Of a stretch of DNA of 64,000 nt, positions 1 to 11,802 are shown piece by piece. A program made the position numbers and the translations under genes. Position 1 is the stretch's first letter; each line of letters starts with the position of its first letter. The notes under the pieces were generated by a model. It was not told where the DNA came from. It made no database searches and was given only the letters and a program-made list of their open reading frames with translations. The DNA is taken from the NCBI GenBank assembly GCA_030265395.1, contig JARFYF010000056.1, forward strand, positions 5,979,486-6,043,485. The letters are read 5' to 3'. The stretch comes from Rhina ancylostomus. Lineage: Eukaryota.

Positions 1-469
1 TTATTCACTTACATCGGTGCTTCCAATCCCTTATTGACCCTTGAAGAGCTGAGAACCAACTGCGCTAGAGGTGTCTGGAGTTTGCATCAGGATGGCAGGT
101 TCCCCTGCCTGCAGACCATTAGTGGCAAGAATTCACACTCTCCAGCCGCTGTGGTGGGCTTGACCTTGTGCTTCTGGAACAATGGTCCACCTCAATGACC
201 ACAATGCCACCACACCCACGGGTGTTGGAGAGGAGGAACGTGTATAGTGTGCATACCGACTTGGCTGATGGTAAAAGATAACCAGGTGCAGGGCAACAGG
301 AAGGTCAGAAGTGCACCAGTGCAAGGAACATATGGAGCTAAAAGAGAGTAAATGAAAGCAGACTGAAGATCCAGGGAGATTACGACATAATTCTGAAGTT
401 GCCGGGAGGGAGGCAGCAGGCCACAGAAGTTAAAGGACCATATTCCTGCCCAGGATCAGATACACAGAG

Positions 470-672
470 CAAACAGAAACAGAAAGTGCTGGAAACACTC
501 AGGCCAGGCAGCATCTGTGGAAGGAGAAACAATTAACATTTCAGGTGAGACCCTCCATCTGAACTGGGAAAGATCTGGCCTATTTTTCTTTTCCCCAATT
601 CTGTCAGAGTCCCAGACCAGAAATGTTACTCCCTCCACTGATGCTGCCCGACCTGTTGAGTGTTTGTGTTTT
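470..672. mobile_element. Penelope-derived inverted-repeat (hairpin) element
   Basis: Arm tgctggaaacactcagg..ggcagcatctgtgga is inverted against tccactgatgctgcccgacctgttgagtgttt; same family recurs through the window. Confidence 0.65.
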
Positions 673-1046
673 CTTAAACATGGAGCAACGTTAGAGAAGT
701 AGCTTTTTTTTCCTAAGGAAGAACCTGTGAACTGATTCCAGAAGTGATGATAAAGGCCAACATAAACACCCAGAGGAGGAAGGACGCGGCAAGATCATGG
801 AAATGAATCACAGCTCAACACCAAACTCGGTTGTACACCCGCAGGTTGATGACACTAGTTCACAGGAGTGAGTATCTTGGTACTAAGGCAGGAATCAGGC
901 AGCAGACTTCAATCTCACCAATATGAACTTGATACCAGTGAGATGATCCAAAGGGAGTTTGCACAATTCATTTGAGAACACCAAGCTTTTAACTCATTTT
1001 GTGTAAGTGGTCACTGAATGCTGAAGAGATGTTTACAGTGGTTGAA

Positions 1047-1997
1047 TTTATTAAACTATTCCAGGGAAATGGCTGATGTGGAAAAATCTTCAGTTTGTGG
1101 ACTGAATGAGAGGCAAGAACACTACAAATGGAAAGCAAAACTGTCTGAATCAGCAGTTGTTCATGGAGGATCCTGTAAATATGAGCTTGCTTTAAATTTA
1201 CGGTGCAAACTTGTTGATAAAGAATATTTCAACTAAAGCTATCAGTTTTTGGAAACTGCAGATTTTTTTTATACATTTTTGCCAGAAAGAAAATGTTTTA
1301 AACATATTATACATTCCCATACTGTCCTGAAATGACAGACTGAAATAATACCAGCTATTTCTTACACAGTGCTTTGTCATTATATTATAGTTAGCAGGTA
1401 CAATGCAGGAACATTTACAGGTCACAGTAAAAACTAATGTTTATTTCTTCCAGAGGTCATAAAAAATGTATTATTCAGCTGTTAAGAAAAAACTGTTAAA
1501 CTACTTATCCAGTAATTGTATTTTTAAAAGAATCAGAAAAGGAAATTTCATGGTTTTGTCCCAACATGATTAACTTTCATCTTTGATCAAGTGACAAGCT
1601 ACAACACCTGTGTGAAGTCACTTGTCAGACAGTGCAATTTATTGTATCCATAATCCTTAGGTGATTATATATGTGGACTCTCCCCATGAATCAAAGCACA
1701 GGGAACCAAATTGAGCCACCTGCATTTTTTTCTCTGATATGGCTGCTTGTCAAGAGGAAGAATCGTGGAGGAAAGCCTGCATCCCAAACAGGAAGCTACG
1801 GATCCTTTGAACACATGAGTAACAAGAGATCTAAATGCCTCCAAGTTTAATCAGTTTCTTTTGCTTTGCTCTGTTCTTGGCAGCCTGGACAGTTACAACT
1901 TCATGGTCCTATCTCCCACCTGTAATACTGTGGGGTGGGGACCTTCTCTCTCTCTCTCTCAGCAGAATTGTCTAGACAACTAACGTTGACGCTGCTG
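1047..1997 (-). other. MAPKAP1: MAPKAP1 3' UTR with candidate poly(A) signals
   Basis: Follows the stop codon. Minus-strand AATAAA hexamers at 1638-1643, 1440-1445 and 1047-1052; which one is used cannot be told from sequence. Confidence 0.55.
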
Positions 1998-2120
1998 CTA
2001 CTGTCCTGATTTTTTGTCCTTCTGAAAACTGAAGCTTGTTCTTCTGCTAAGTTTTCGTTGTTTTTGAGCCTGGTAGTCTGCTCGTGCCGAACTTGCTCTG
2101 GATTCCAAAATGTAGTTTAT
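1998..2120 (-). CDS. MAPKAP1: MAPKAP1/SIN1 terminal coding exon (exon 12 equivalent) including TAG stop
   Basis: Acceptor tgtttgttgctAG|. Translates [40 protein letters not shown]; human is [41 protein letters not shown]. Confidence 0.99.
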   Translation of the reverse strand: MNYILESRASSARADYQAQKQRKLSRRTSFSFQKDKKSGQ

Positions 2121-3449
2121 CTAGCAACAAACAGAAACACATAGGTATTATTTTGGCAGTTGTGGAAGATAGAAGAAAATCAGTAACAACGTGAAGTACA
2201 CTTCAGATACCGTTTGGTTGGCATGGACTCGATGGGCCCGCTTCTGTGCTGCCTCTCTCTACGACTACGATAGGCCAACAAATTTTGAGTTGGATCTCAG
2301 CTCAATCAGCTCCTAATCGATTACAACATTAGGAGATTCTGATTTTATTTCAAGGTCAAAGCTTTGCTCAAGCAGAGGCTGACAGCCCATCCAGGTTTAA
2401 AAACTGATCTTTGTTCAACTGCTGGAGGTCAGTCAGTTATGACCAGCCATGGCCCTATTAGAACACACAACTTGGATCACCTCAAGATGTTCTGAAAGGC
2501 ATTAGATGAACAGTAGTTCGGTTACAACAGGGCTGCACTTTTATTTCAACATTTGATGGTAAATTTGGTGTATTTGTTGAAATTTTTAATAAAATGTAAC
2601 CCTCTAAAAAAAATACACTTCAATCAACCAAGTTTTGCTGATTTGCCAAGACTTGTACGTTTAAGTCCCTTCTCACTCTTCTGTGTTAAAGAACTGGTTG
2701 ACCTTTAGCACATGGCCATGAATGAATTTAAACATGAGTGAAGCTACAGAACTTTGAATCAAAATGATTGAGTGTGGAAATAATTTTTTTTTAAACAACG
2801 TGTCTCAATTAAAAAGGTTACCCACTTCATGTGAGTTCCTTCCCAGCACAGAACAAAATGCCAGCACCGTTAGTTTAGGAGTGAATATAAAAAAGCCTTG
2901 AGGCTAATCCCACGAAGAGACCTAAAAAGGTGGAGAGCAGTGAATAAAATTGACACAGAAGCTGGTTCAGCATGAAAGACAGTCACATTAGCAAATCGTA
3001 AATACTTGTTTTACATGTCTCATAAAATGCTAATTTATTGGCCACGATACTTTGTGATGATAGCCGTGATAATTTTTAATGGAAGGTTAATGTAAAAATC
3101 AAAATGCAAAAAGCCCTTTGGCTTAGCATCAGTTGGTTCACTGAAAAGATTTGGCAGCTTAAAACCTGAACAGTTTTATGTACTGCTGGGTCTTCATAGT
3201 CGTTAAATTTTAAAGCTGATAGCTTCAAATGATTTTGAATATTTTTTTCATGGCTAATAAAACCTTAGTCTGGACTAGCAAGAGTGATTGAGACAGTTAA
3301 CTTGCTAATGTTTGAGTCAATTGGACATGTCCCTGATGTAACACACACAATGACTGCTGGGCTCAGGAAAATCAATGATCATGAAAGTAAAATGGTGATG
3401 AAAAATATAAAAACAAGATGGGGGCCACGAGCAGATGGTAAGGTTTTAA

Positions 3450-4560
3450 GATACTTCAGACAGTTGTATGTTACCAGTTGCTTGAGCCAGCCATCTTATA
3501 CTGAGACAAGCCCAGAATTTCTGCTGGGTGCCATTTTCCCATGTCAGCAATGGTGGTCATCTCAAGCCAGGAAAGTTCTCAATGTTACTCCTTGCATTGA
3601 TTGAGTGCCTGTCACGTAGGGAGGGGCAGCCAGGCGCCTTGGGACTGCTGCAAAGCTTTTAAGCAAGTGCACAATCTGGCTGCAGACAAGCAATGTTAAT
3701 GGAGACTGGAGCCCCCTCTGATGTTGGAGCTGAAGCTCTTTGGAGGGATGGCCTATTGGACACTGAAGGGGCAGACTCCAGAGAGAATGCAATGAGGACA
3801 GCAACAGAAAACGTACCACACCACCAACAATGAACTCATGATCGTACCAAGTCCAAGGGAAGAAGCAACTCTCAGGACAACATTCAATCCACATGTTAGC
3901 TGCTCACTGAGTGGGCAATTTGGTTATCAACAATCCTTTGAGGCCATTTTCAGTTTTCACCTTAAATATTCCCTCACTCATTCTTTCACATGCAATGTTT
4001 CCAATTCAGTCAAATACAGCATTAAACAGCTTTCCCCTTGTACCATTTATCAACTGCACTGTGATCTGCTTTCGGCTTTTGGGCTCTATTGCACGTTATG
4101 TGATCTGTGTACAAATAGTCTGGTTTCCTACATTACAGAACAGTGGCTAGCCCGAGAGGATGCAAAGAACTCTGGTGTGGTCCAGACATGGAAATGCAAA
4201 TTGTTCTTGTCTTCTGGATGCAGCCAGAGAAAGCAGCAGCAGAGGATGATGAAAACTCGTTATCGGCTTCCAGCTCCAGCAACGCATCATCACCCAGTCA
4301 CTCACTTTCTCCCCAGCAGAAGCCCCATGTAAGGAAGAGCAGGAATAGAAAGGTGTGCAGGAAAGCATGGGGCACAACGGCAGGAGGGGTATGACAAGTG
4401 GAGAACAAGGCTCACCGGAGGGTCTAAAGACATCATCCAGTGGTGGAACCACAATGCACACCTCCTGCTTCCAAGGTGAAGAGGCTGTAAAAATATATGT
4501 GAGTGCACTGGTGATGATCTCTGATGTGGAGTACACCGGGTGATTTGGAGTCTTTCACCC
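3450..4560. mobile_element. Possible degraded PIF/Harbinger-like DNA transposon remnant
   Basis: GC-richer block with overlapping low-complexity ORFs; faint resemblance (CFQGEEAVKI) to the HARBI1-like N-terminal LRFxKExVxxIC motif. Weak. Confidence 0.3.
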
Positions 4561-5324
4561 GACCTGCAGAAATGTGATGACTTGAATTTTCACTACAGCA
4601 CCTGCTGTAGTGGAAACCCTCAGACAGACGGTTTGTAAAGAAGATAGTTTGTAATTCCTGTTTGGCTATTCAGAGCAAGGATGGGTAAATTGCAAAGGCA
4701 GCCACATTTTTCATTATTGTTTCTTCTAACCAGAAGGTATATTTTGGTCTGTAGGACAGTGTGGACATGACTTCAAGTAAAGCCCACACAGCAATAACAT
4801 TTTACAGTGTGCAGGACTTCCTTAGTGTAGAAAAAGGATGGCAAAACAAAGTGGAAAGTGGACAGAACCATAGATCACAGTCTGCTCCTCCCCAAACTCA
4901 CCATTTCCAACTCTGTGCTGGGGAAGGTAAAATCCCTCAGACATGGAAATGTTTATTAAACGTTTTTATAACCGCTGTTCACCATGTATTTTTAAATCGG
5001 CTTCTTAGTGTCACATTGAGTACCCAACCTGTACCTGCATTAAAGCTTCTGCAAGTGTATAGAATGTCAGTCAGAAAGATACTTCAGATCAATGGCTTTG
5101 AATCTCTCTTGAAACCTGAGAAGGGCAACGATGGAACAAAGAAGTGAAGAGCACCAGGTTATTCACTGAATGTGGCTGCTGAACGAGATGACCTTTCTTT
5201 GGGACAAATGACATAATCTGCAGCTTCCACACAGGGAGTTGCATCTGCCATGAGATAGACATGGGCTTTAAATGCCCTTTCTTCGAGAACCCACCTACTC
5301 AACAAATATGTCTCTTGCGATGTC

Positions 5325-5572
5325 TACACAGGAGTGACCGCAGATGCTGGAAATCTGGAGCAACACACACAAACACACACACACACACAAAATGCTGGAG
5401 GAGCTCAGCAGGTCGGGCAGCAACAGTGGAGGGAAATGAACAGTTGACGTTTTGAGCCGAGACCCTTCATCAGTTTTGATGTTCCCGATGAAACAGATGC
5501 CCGGAACATCGACTGTTCATTTCCCTCCAGCAGATACTGCCCAACCTGCTGAGTTCCTCCAGTACTTCATTT
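5325..5572. mobile_element. Penelope-derived inverted-repeat element with (CA)n tract
   Basis: gcagatgctggaaatctggagcaacaca...tgctggaggagctcagcaggtcgggcagca inverted against tgcccaacctgctgagttcctccag; hammerhead-like core at 5445-5473. Confidence 0.75.
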
Positions 5573-5949
5573 TGCAACGTTTAGGCTGGTATGCACTGGT
5601 AAAAGTTTACACAATGTTTTGAGGGATCCAAAATATCTGGCACAAGAGATAAATTAGTTAACCACACTGGTGGGAAATAATCAGCATTGTCTAAGCTCGG
5701 ACAGCTGAAAGCTCTTTTTTTGTGTGGGTGATCCATTAAAGAGCACATTTGCACTATGTTTAGGATGTTCCTTTGTATGATGACAGCTTGCTTGGTAAAC
5801 TTGCAGACAGAGCAGTTAACATTTTAAGAACACAGTCAGGTATGATATTAAATTAACTCAGATGTGTTCCTGGCACTTTACTGTTCTGAATTACTGCAGC
5901 AATCAATGTATGGAAAACTATAAGTGAAACTTTACCTTCAATATTTAGA

Positions 5950-6362
5950 CTGACCATAAGATATCTTTATTAGTCATATGTGCACCTAAACACAACAAAA
6001 TGCATATTTGCGTAGAGTGTTCTGGGGGCAGCCCGCAAGTGTTGCTATGCTTCCGGCGCCAACATGGCATGCCCACAACTCCTNNNNNNNNNNNNNNNNN
6101 NNNNNNNNNNNNNNNNNNNNNNNNNNNNNNNNNNNNNNNNNNNNNNNNNNNNNNNNNNNNNNNNNNNNNNNNNNNNNNNNNNNATGCTTCCGGCGCCAAC
6201 ACAGCATGCCCACAACTTCCTAACCGTACGTCTTTGGAATGTGGGAGGAAACTGGAGCACCCGGAGGAGACCCACGCAGAATGTAGAAACTCCTTACAGA
6301 CAGCAGCTGGAATTGAACCTGGGTTGCTGGCACTGTAATAGTGTTACGCTGACCGCTACGCT
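5950..6362 (-). mobile_element. tRNA-derived V-SINE (HE1-like)
   Basis: Reverse complement of the V-domain (tctttggaatgtgggaggaaactggagcacccggaggagacccacgcag) followed by B-box ggaattgaacc; contains a 100-N gap. Confidence 0.85.
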
Positions 6363-6989
6363 AGCAGAAACATTTCACACTCCCTTAATGCCAGTCACTT
6401 CACTCTCCTTCCCCTCAGCATCACTGATTAAATTGGTACTTGTGAAGCTTTCTGATTGTTCAGCAAGGATGCAACTTTTGGAATTTCTGAAATGTTCGGT
6501 CACAAGTAACACGACTTTCTCTCTTGGGCCCTGTTATCTTTAATGTATTCATGTAGAAGATGGCTTCAATTGTGCCACTGGTTGAGAAAATATTTCCTCT
6601 ACTTGAACTCACTGAGTGATGCTTACTGTCTGAATATTGTATCTTAATATGTTGCAGAGTTTATAGTGCAAGAAACATGACGATGTTGGTTTTTCTTTGA
6701 CATTCACATGTAATATTCCTAAATGTATCAATGCCATTCACACTTGCGTTTTTAAAAACTGAAATTCAGCTGGTTTTAATCTACATGGGAAGTACAGCTG
6801 TGTGCTGTTTAGCACTTAGTTGGGAATTTGAGAATTAGAAAAATGGTCCAAATAATTTTGCGTTGCTACTTTCTAATTGGCTTGATTGCCATATAAATTC
6901 CAAGCAGTTTAATTACAAGTCTTAAACAAGGTCAACAATACATGAAGGAGGCATCAACCTTTAGAGGGTGTGCAGAATTGTGTTGGTAT

Positions 6990-8170
6990 CATGATACAGT
7001 TCTTTGGTGGAGTAATGTTCTGAGCTAAGATGTGGCAGGATTGAACTGGTGGCTGAAATCACAGCATCTCGACAGTCTGCCTGAAGGTGGGGTGATAGTA
7101 GATGGGTACCACCCATCTTCCAAACCATGCACGGGTGGAGGAGAGAGTAATTTAAGGTGGAGGATCGAGTGCCAAACATGCAGGTTGCTTGTTCTGGTTA
7201 GGACCAAATGCCTCAGGTGCTGTTGGAACTGAACTCATCCAGGCTATTGAATAGAATTGCATTACACCCCAGATTTGGGAAGATTTTGGGGTGGCAGGAT
7301 ACAATTCACATACTGCAGGATGCCCAGACCCTGACCTGTGCTTCCAACCTAGCTTGCCAGTTTAGTTCTGAGTCATGACATGAAGACAGCAGGTTCAACG
7401 ACAGTACTGACATTGCACATCCAGACGAAGTGATCAGGCTCTTGTGTTGGATTAGTCATTGCCTGGCACTTGTATAACACAAATGTTACTTTTCAGTTCT
7501 CAGTCTAAGCCTGAACAGTGACCAGTTTATAGCTGCATGTCGGCAAGGACATGTTCATTACCCGAGTCGTGATGGATGCAATCCTTAGTGAACACCGACA
7601 CTTTGACTTCTAAGATGGAGAGAAGGTCATAGATGAAGCAGCCCAAAACATTTGAGCTTGGAGCACTATCCTGAAGACCTCCTGGGGTAAAGAAAACTGA
7701 GCTCCAATAATTAGAAACATCTTCCTCTTAGTTATCTGTGGGTCTGACCATTTTCCAATTGACTTCAGCTTTAAGTAGGGCTCTTTCATACCACATTCTG
7801 GTAAAAGATGCTTCGATGTCAAGGACAGTCACTTGCACCTGGAATCCAGCTCTTTGGTCCACCACTGAACCGAGGCTTAATGAGAACTGGAATCAAATGA
7901 TCACGGCAGATCCCAGCATAAGCATCGATTAATGAGTTATTGATGAATAAATGCCGCTTGATAACACTGCTGACAACTCCCTCCATTACTTAGCCGATGA
8001 CTGAGAGTAGGTTGTTGGGGACTGGATGTGCCCTGCATTTTGTGGACTGGAGATAACTGGACAAATTTCCACTGACAGGTACACACCAGAGGTTTCCCAT
8101 GGAAAATTTCAAACCTTTATCACCACAGCCAAGTTGTAGTCAGGCTTGGCTGTATCTTGTGCACTCAACC
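6990..8170 (-). mobile_element. Old CR1/L2-group LINE, reverse transcriptase remnant
   Basis: Minus-strand translation near 7900-8020, PNNLLSVIG*VMEGVVSSVIKRHLFINNSLIDAYAGICRDH, matches RT pattern PISLLS..SKVME...HL..N.L..Q.GFR..HS; followed by VLDIEASFTRMW (cf. LDI..AFDRVW). Confidence 0.75.
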
Positions 8171-8426
8171 ACTTCTTGATATATTTTTTGAATCAAACTG
8201 GCTTCTCTGACTGATGATTGTAGCAAACTTGTCAGCCTCTTTTGCTCTCACAAACATTGCAGGGTATCCCTTGCAGTTGAAGAAAAATTGAAATGCTTAC
8301 TTGGCCATTTTATTTATTTAACATAACTGAATTTCATGTCCTCAGCTTTCATGGTGGGATCTGATCTTTGTCTTAAGATTATTTAGGCTAGTCTAGTAAA
8401 CTAACAGTTCAGCACAACTAACTAAC

Positions 8427-9263
8427 CCCACATGGAGGATACAAGTCAATGTTATCAATCATGGAGTAAAACAACTGGACAGTGGCAGGATGTTGACAAC
8501 AGTGTCTTCCCTCACCAGAGGGGGGAAAACAAAGGTTATCTTTGTTCTTCTGCTTGTTTCTGCAAGATATTGATAGAAAGAAAGCAATTTGATCACTATT
8601 CAACACAACAGATCAGGACTGAAGCACTGCAGAGACATCCAAGTATTCTTATTGTCAGATTAGCAATATTACTTACTAGGATGCCTGTTTTATTGCCAAG
8701 TTGAACTTGGAACAGTGAGACAAGACTGTATACGTGCAATTCCCCACACAGTAGTTAACCGATCGAAGCAGGGATGTCTTAGGAAATGCTGAGCTTGGGC
8801 AAGGTGCAGGCCATGGAAGGGAACAGCAGCAAGTTTGCCAGCTCGCGAAGCACTAAAACAAAACATTTTAGTAGCAACAGTGGGGCAGGTTGGGAAAATA
8901 NNNNNNNNNGCATTAAAGTTACACACTTTTGATTAAAATGAGTGTGAAGTATTAGGTATTTCCCATTCACTGAATTAGTCATGACACATACAATGCCAAG
9001 AGGCATTGACCAGTTACGGTGAGAAGCAGGACTTCTGAGCCTTGCACTGTAGTTTGAAGAGGCCTCCAAACAGACAGAAGCAAAAACAACAATTTCTTGT
9101 TTCAGACAGACAGATGGTTTACAGCCATCATTTCCCAACTCTATTTTTGCACAGCCATAGCTAGCAATCTTTGAGCAGTTTCACTTTGTTGAAATTTCCA
9201 ACCACCTGAATTCTACGTGAATGGGTCCCACTCTAACAACTCCCTTTCTCTCATTCTCCTTTC
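8427..9263 (-). pseudogene. PKD1-like fossil exon: TOP C-terminus through pore helix and S6
   Basis: Acceptor cttctgtAG| at 9263. One nominal frame across a 9-N gap: KIASYGCAKIELGND...SVCLEASSNYSA...LLLLKCFVLVLRELANLLLFPSM...ASIG*LLCGELHVYSLVSLFQVQLGNK...RILGCLCSASVLICCVE**SNCFLSINILQKQAEEQR*. Compare PKD1L2 VSLQLG...NLFISVILVAFSEEQK and PKD2 FRIILG...NRVLG...NMFLAIIN. Confidence 0.75.
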
Positions 9264-9294
9264 CTACAGAAGTTAACAAACATTTATACTCTGT

Positions 9295-9428
9295 GCAGCA
9301 AAAACAAACTGCTGGAAGATCTCAACAGCTCAAGCAACATCTGTGGAGGCAGAGGGATAGTCGATGTTTCCAGTTCCTCCAGCAGTTTGTTTTTTGCTCC
9401 ATATTCCAGCACTTGCAGCCTCTTGTGC
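9295..9428. mobile_element. Short Penelope-derived inverted-repeat element
   Basis: aaacaaactgctggaaga inverted against ttcctccagcagtttgtttt. Confidence 0.65.
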
Positions 9429-9769
9429 CTCTGTTATTATTCCCTGCACTGTCTGCCCAGAGATTTAGACCTGGTGTTGAACCTCTTGGAGCCAGCAATA
9501 TAACATTACTCACTTAATCACCTACAAAGCAAGCTACAGTGGGAAACTGCGAAGAATTTATGCACGTGGGTGATACTCCTGATCTAGGATATGAGTTCTA
9601 TTAGTTGTTGTCACACCACTAAAATTGTCTTGGGCTTGTGGCAGTGACCCATGTAGACATAGGTTAACTTATCTTTGCAGGGAAGCAGCATTAGATCAGG
9701 TTTAGTCTGGATGATTCAATTATAAACTCCCAGTCCAGTCCAGTCCATAACTAGCATCTCTCTTTTCCA

Positions 9770-9980
9770 TCCCCAGTGCAACACCTTTGCCTGGCTGTAA
9801 TTTTGACCAATTTATTTGATTTAAAATAGCACTATTGCTATTGTCTATGATCTTGGTTTCAAAACCAAAAATTTCTGGTAATAAATTTTAGCCATCTTCA
9901 ACACATCTGAATACAAATAATTTGAGAGCTTGTTTTAATTACATTAAACTTGATATGCCCCTTCATTACAACAGTTAAGC
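9770..9980 (-). pseudogene. PKD1-like fossil exon: TOP domain N-terminus
   Basis: Acceptor tatttatAG|. Reads KFNVIKTSSQI...*RWLK, frameshift, then NLLPEIFGFETKIIDNSNSAIL (9822-9887); PKD1L2/L3 pattern WANxTLLPxLYG...FITDGNSxLxG. Confidence 0.62.
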
Positions 9981-10204
9981 CTATAAATATAATTTCATCT
10001 AACAGCCAGCATTAATGTTAGTCCTGAACTTTCAGGTAATTCTTTAATCCCTTGTACAGCCACTGAATCTCATTTTCACTGAAGGCCGTACTTAGCAATG
10101 CAAGGGAAGAATGCAAACATTTCTCACACACAGAATAGTTGGTATCTGCAATGAGCTGCAAGAGGTGGTGGTGGAGGCAGGAGCAGTGACATTTAAGAAG
10201 TATT

Positions 10205-11042
10205 CTGTGGAGAGAGAAATAAGGTTAATGTTTCAGGTCAATGACCCTTCGCCAGACTGGGAAGGCGAGAAAGTTAGTGACAAGTTGCAGGGAGGGTGGG
10301 GGAATTAATAAGACAAAGGAAGAATTGCTGATGGGGGAAGAGGCCAGGATTGCCATGGGGTTAAGGGTCAATGGAGGCAGTTTGGGAGAGAGAACATGGT
10401 CCTTTGCACATGAAAGTTTTTATACGAGGGCAGTTAGAGAGTGAGAATACAGTCAAAGGAATGTCATGTGACATGTCCAGCTGCTGAGCAAGAAACCGAG
10501 CCAGTATCGCCGATGGGTGACCCGGCCTGTTCTGATACAGGCAGCAAAAGAAAGTTACCTCAAGTTGTAGAATTTGATATTGCAGCTTCCAGTCTCAATA
10601 TTGAATTCCACAACTAACTCACTTTCTCCGTCTGTTTCAGTACTGAACATTTCTGTTGCAAGGCGCTGATCTGTAATCTTGGCTCAGTGTTTCCCTTCTC
10701 CATCAGCACAGCGTGGACCTGTCCTGCAACTTTTATGTTACTCAGTTTGTAGCCTCATTCTCTAATGGCCCTCATAGCTTTTGTTCATTTTCTCTCAATG
10801 ACTGCCCCATTAACCCATTGACCGAATGGCCCCCTACAACTATGCCCACAGTGACCCTGGTCTTACCCTATCAGAGATGTTCCTTTTGTCCTATCCAACC
10901 CTCTCCCAACTCCTCAGCAGCTTGATACCACCTTGTTTTCCCTTTCCCAGTTCTGAAGGGTTTTCCGCCTGAAATGTTATCTGCTTCTCTCTCCATAGAT
11001 GCTGCCTGACCTGCTGAATGCTTCCAGCATTTTCTGTTTTTA
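10205..11042. mobile_element. Longer Penelope-like remnant bounded by inverted termini
   Basis: Left arm tctgtggagagagaaa..aatgtttcaggtcaatgacccttc, right arm cctgaaatgttatctgcttctctctccatagatgctgcctgacctgctga; purine-rich then pyrimidine-rich interior. Confidence 0.65.
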
Positions 11043-11239
11043 CTTCTTACTTCAACAGTTCACTTAATATTAGCCACCTAACAAAGTGGTTCCTACATTG
11101 AGTCAAATTAATCTTCAGTGATCAAAGTTGACAATGCTATGGTCAGATGCAGATTGTTTCAATCCTGATTCTCTTCATACACAAGCCACACATGTTACGG
11201 CCACAGTAAAACAACAAACTTTTATTTCTAGAGAATTTT

Positions 11240-11560
11240 AAAGACAGTGTGCCATTGGGGGGAAAGGAAAATCAATGTCAAGAGCTTGTATCATAAAATT
11301 ATCAAGAGAAGCATTTAATCAAACTGACGCGTCAGCAGCTCGAGCTTTCCCCCTAAACCAGGCTCAAAATTGTTTGGGGTTACTGAAGAATTAGGTGCAC
11401 AAAACATGTTCATTATTTTTAATTCCTTCTCTTTCTATTTCAGTTGTAGGTTTTTGCCATTAAAATGAAATGCCCATTGAACCTAAATGCAATTTGAACG
11501 GTGTTACGTCTGTTTTGATGCTAGTGTTTTTACAACAGATATTAATTTTAATATGTTAAA
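11240..11560. promoter_or_regulatory. Candidate conserved non-coding element
   Basis: Palindromes CTGACGCGTCAG (11324-11335) and AGCTCGAGCT (11337-11346) with intact CpGs; CATAAA and TAAT sites. Confidence 0.38.
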
Positions 11561-11614
11561 GCATTTCAATGAAACACTATCATTAACATTTTAATTGCAA
11601 TTGGAATGCCTTAC

Positions 11615-11802
11615 AGAATCTATAAACTCCAGCACGTTTTTAATATAAACTGTGTAGTCACCCAAAATATTGAAAAATAAAGAAAAAGACAAGTAAATAA
11701 AGATCAAAGTCATAACAAGCATGATGGTGGTCGATAGTGAAGTTCTTCTGTCAGTAACACTGACATATTTTACTGAAGCGAATGTGAAATACGTTGTTTT
11801 GT
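11615..11802 (-). pseudogene. PKD1-like fossil exon with open frame: transmembrane helix (S1- or S2-like, second module)
   Basis: 188 bp, ttgtttttAG|...|GTaagg, no stop: (D)KTTYFTFASVKYVSVTDRRTSLSTTIMLVMTLIFIYLSFSLFFNILGDYTVYIKNVLEFIDS. Confidence 0.6.

Noticed and set aside
3838-4543. Cluster of overlapping 60-164 aa ORFs
   Set aside because: Low-complexity, no splice-supported gene structure or recognisable host protein; more likely a decayed transposon.
6046-6222. Apparent direct repeat flanking a 100-N gap
   Set aside because: Near-identical sequence on both sides of a placeholder gap indicates unmerged contig overlap or haplotypes, not a tandem repeat.
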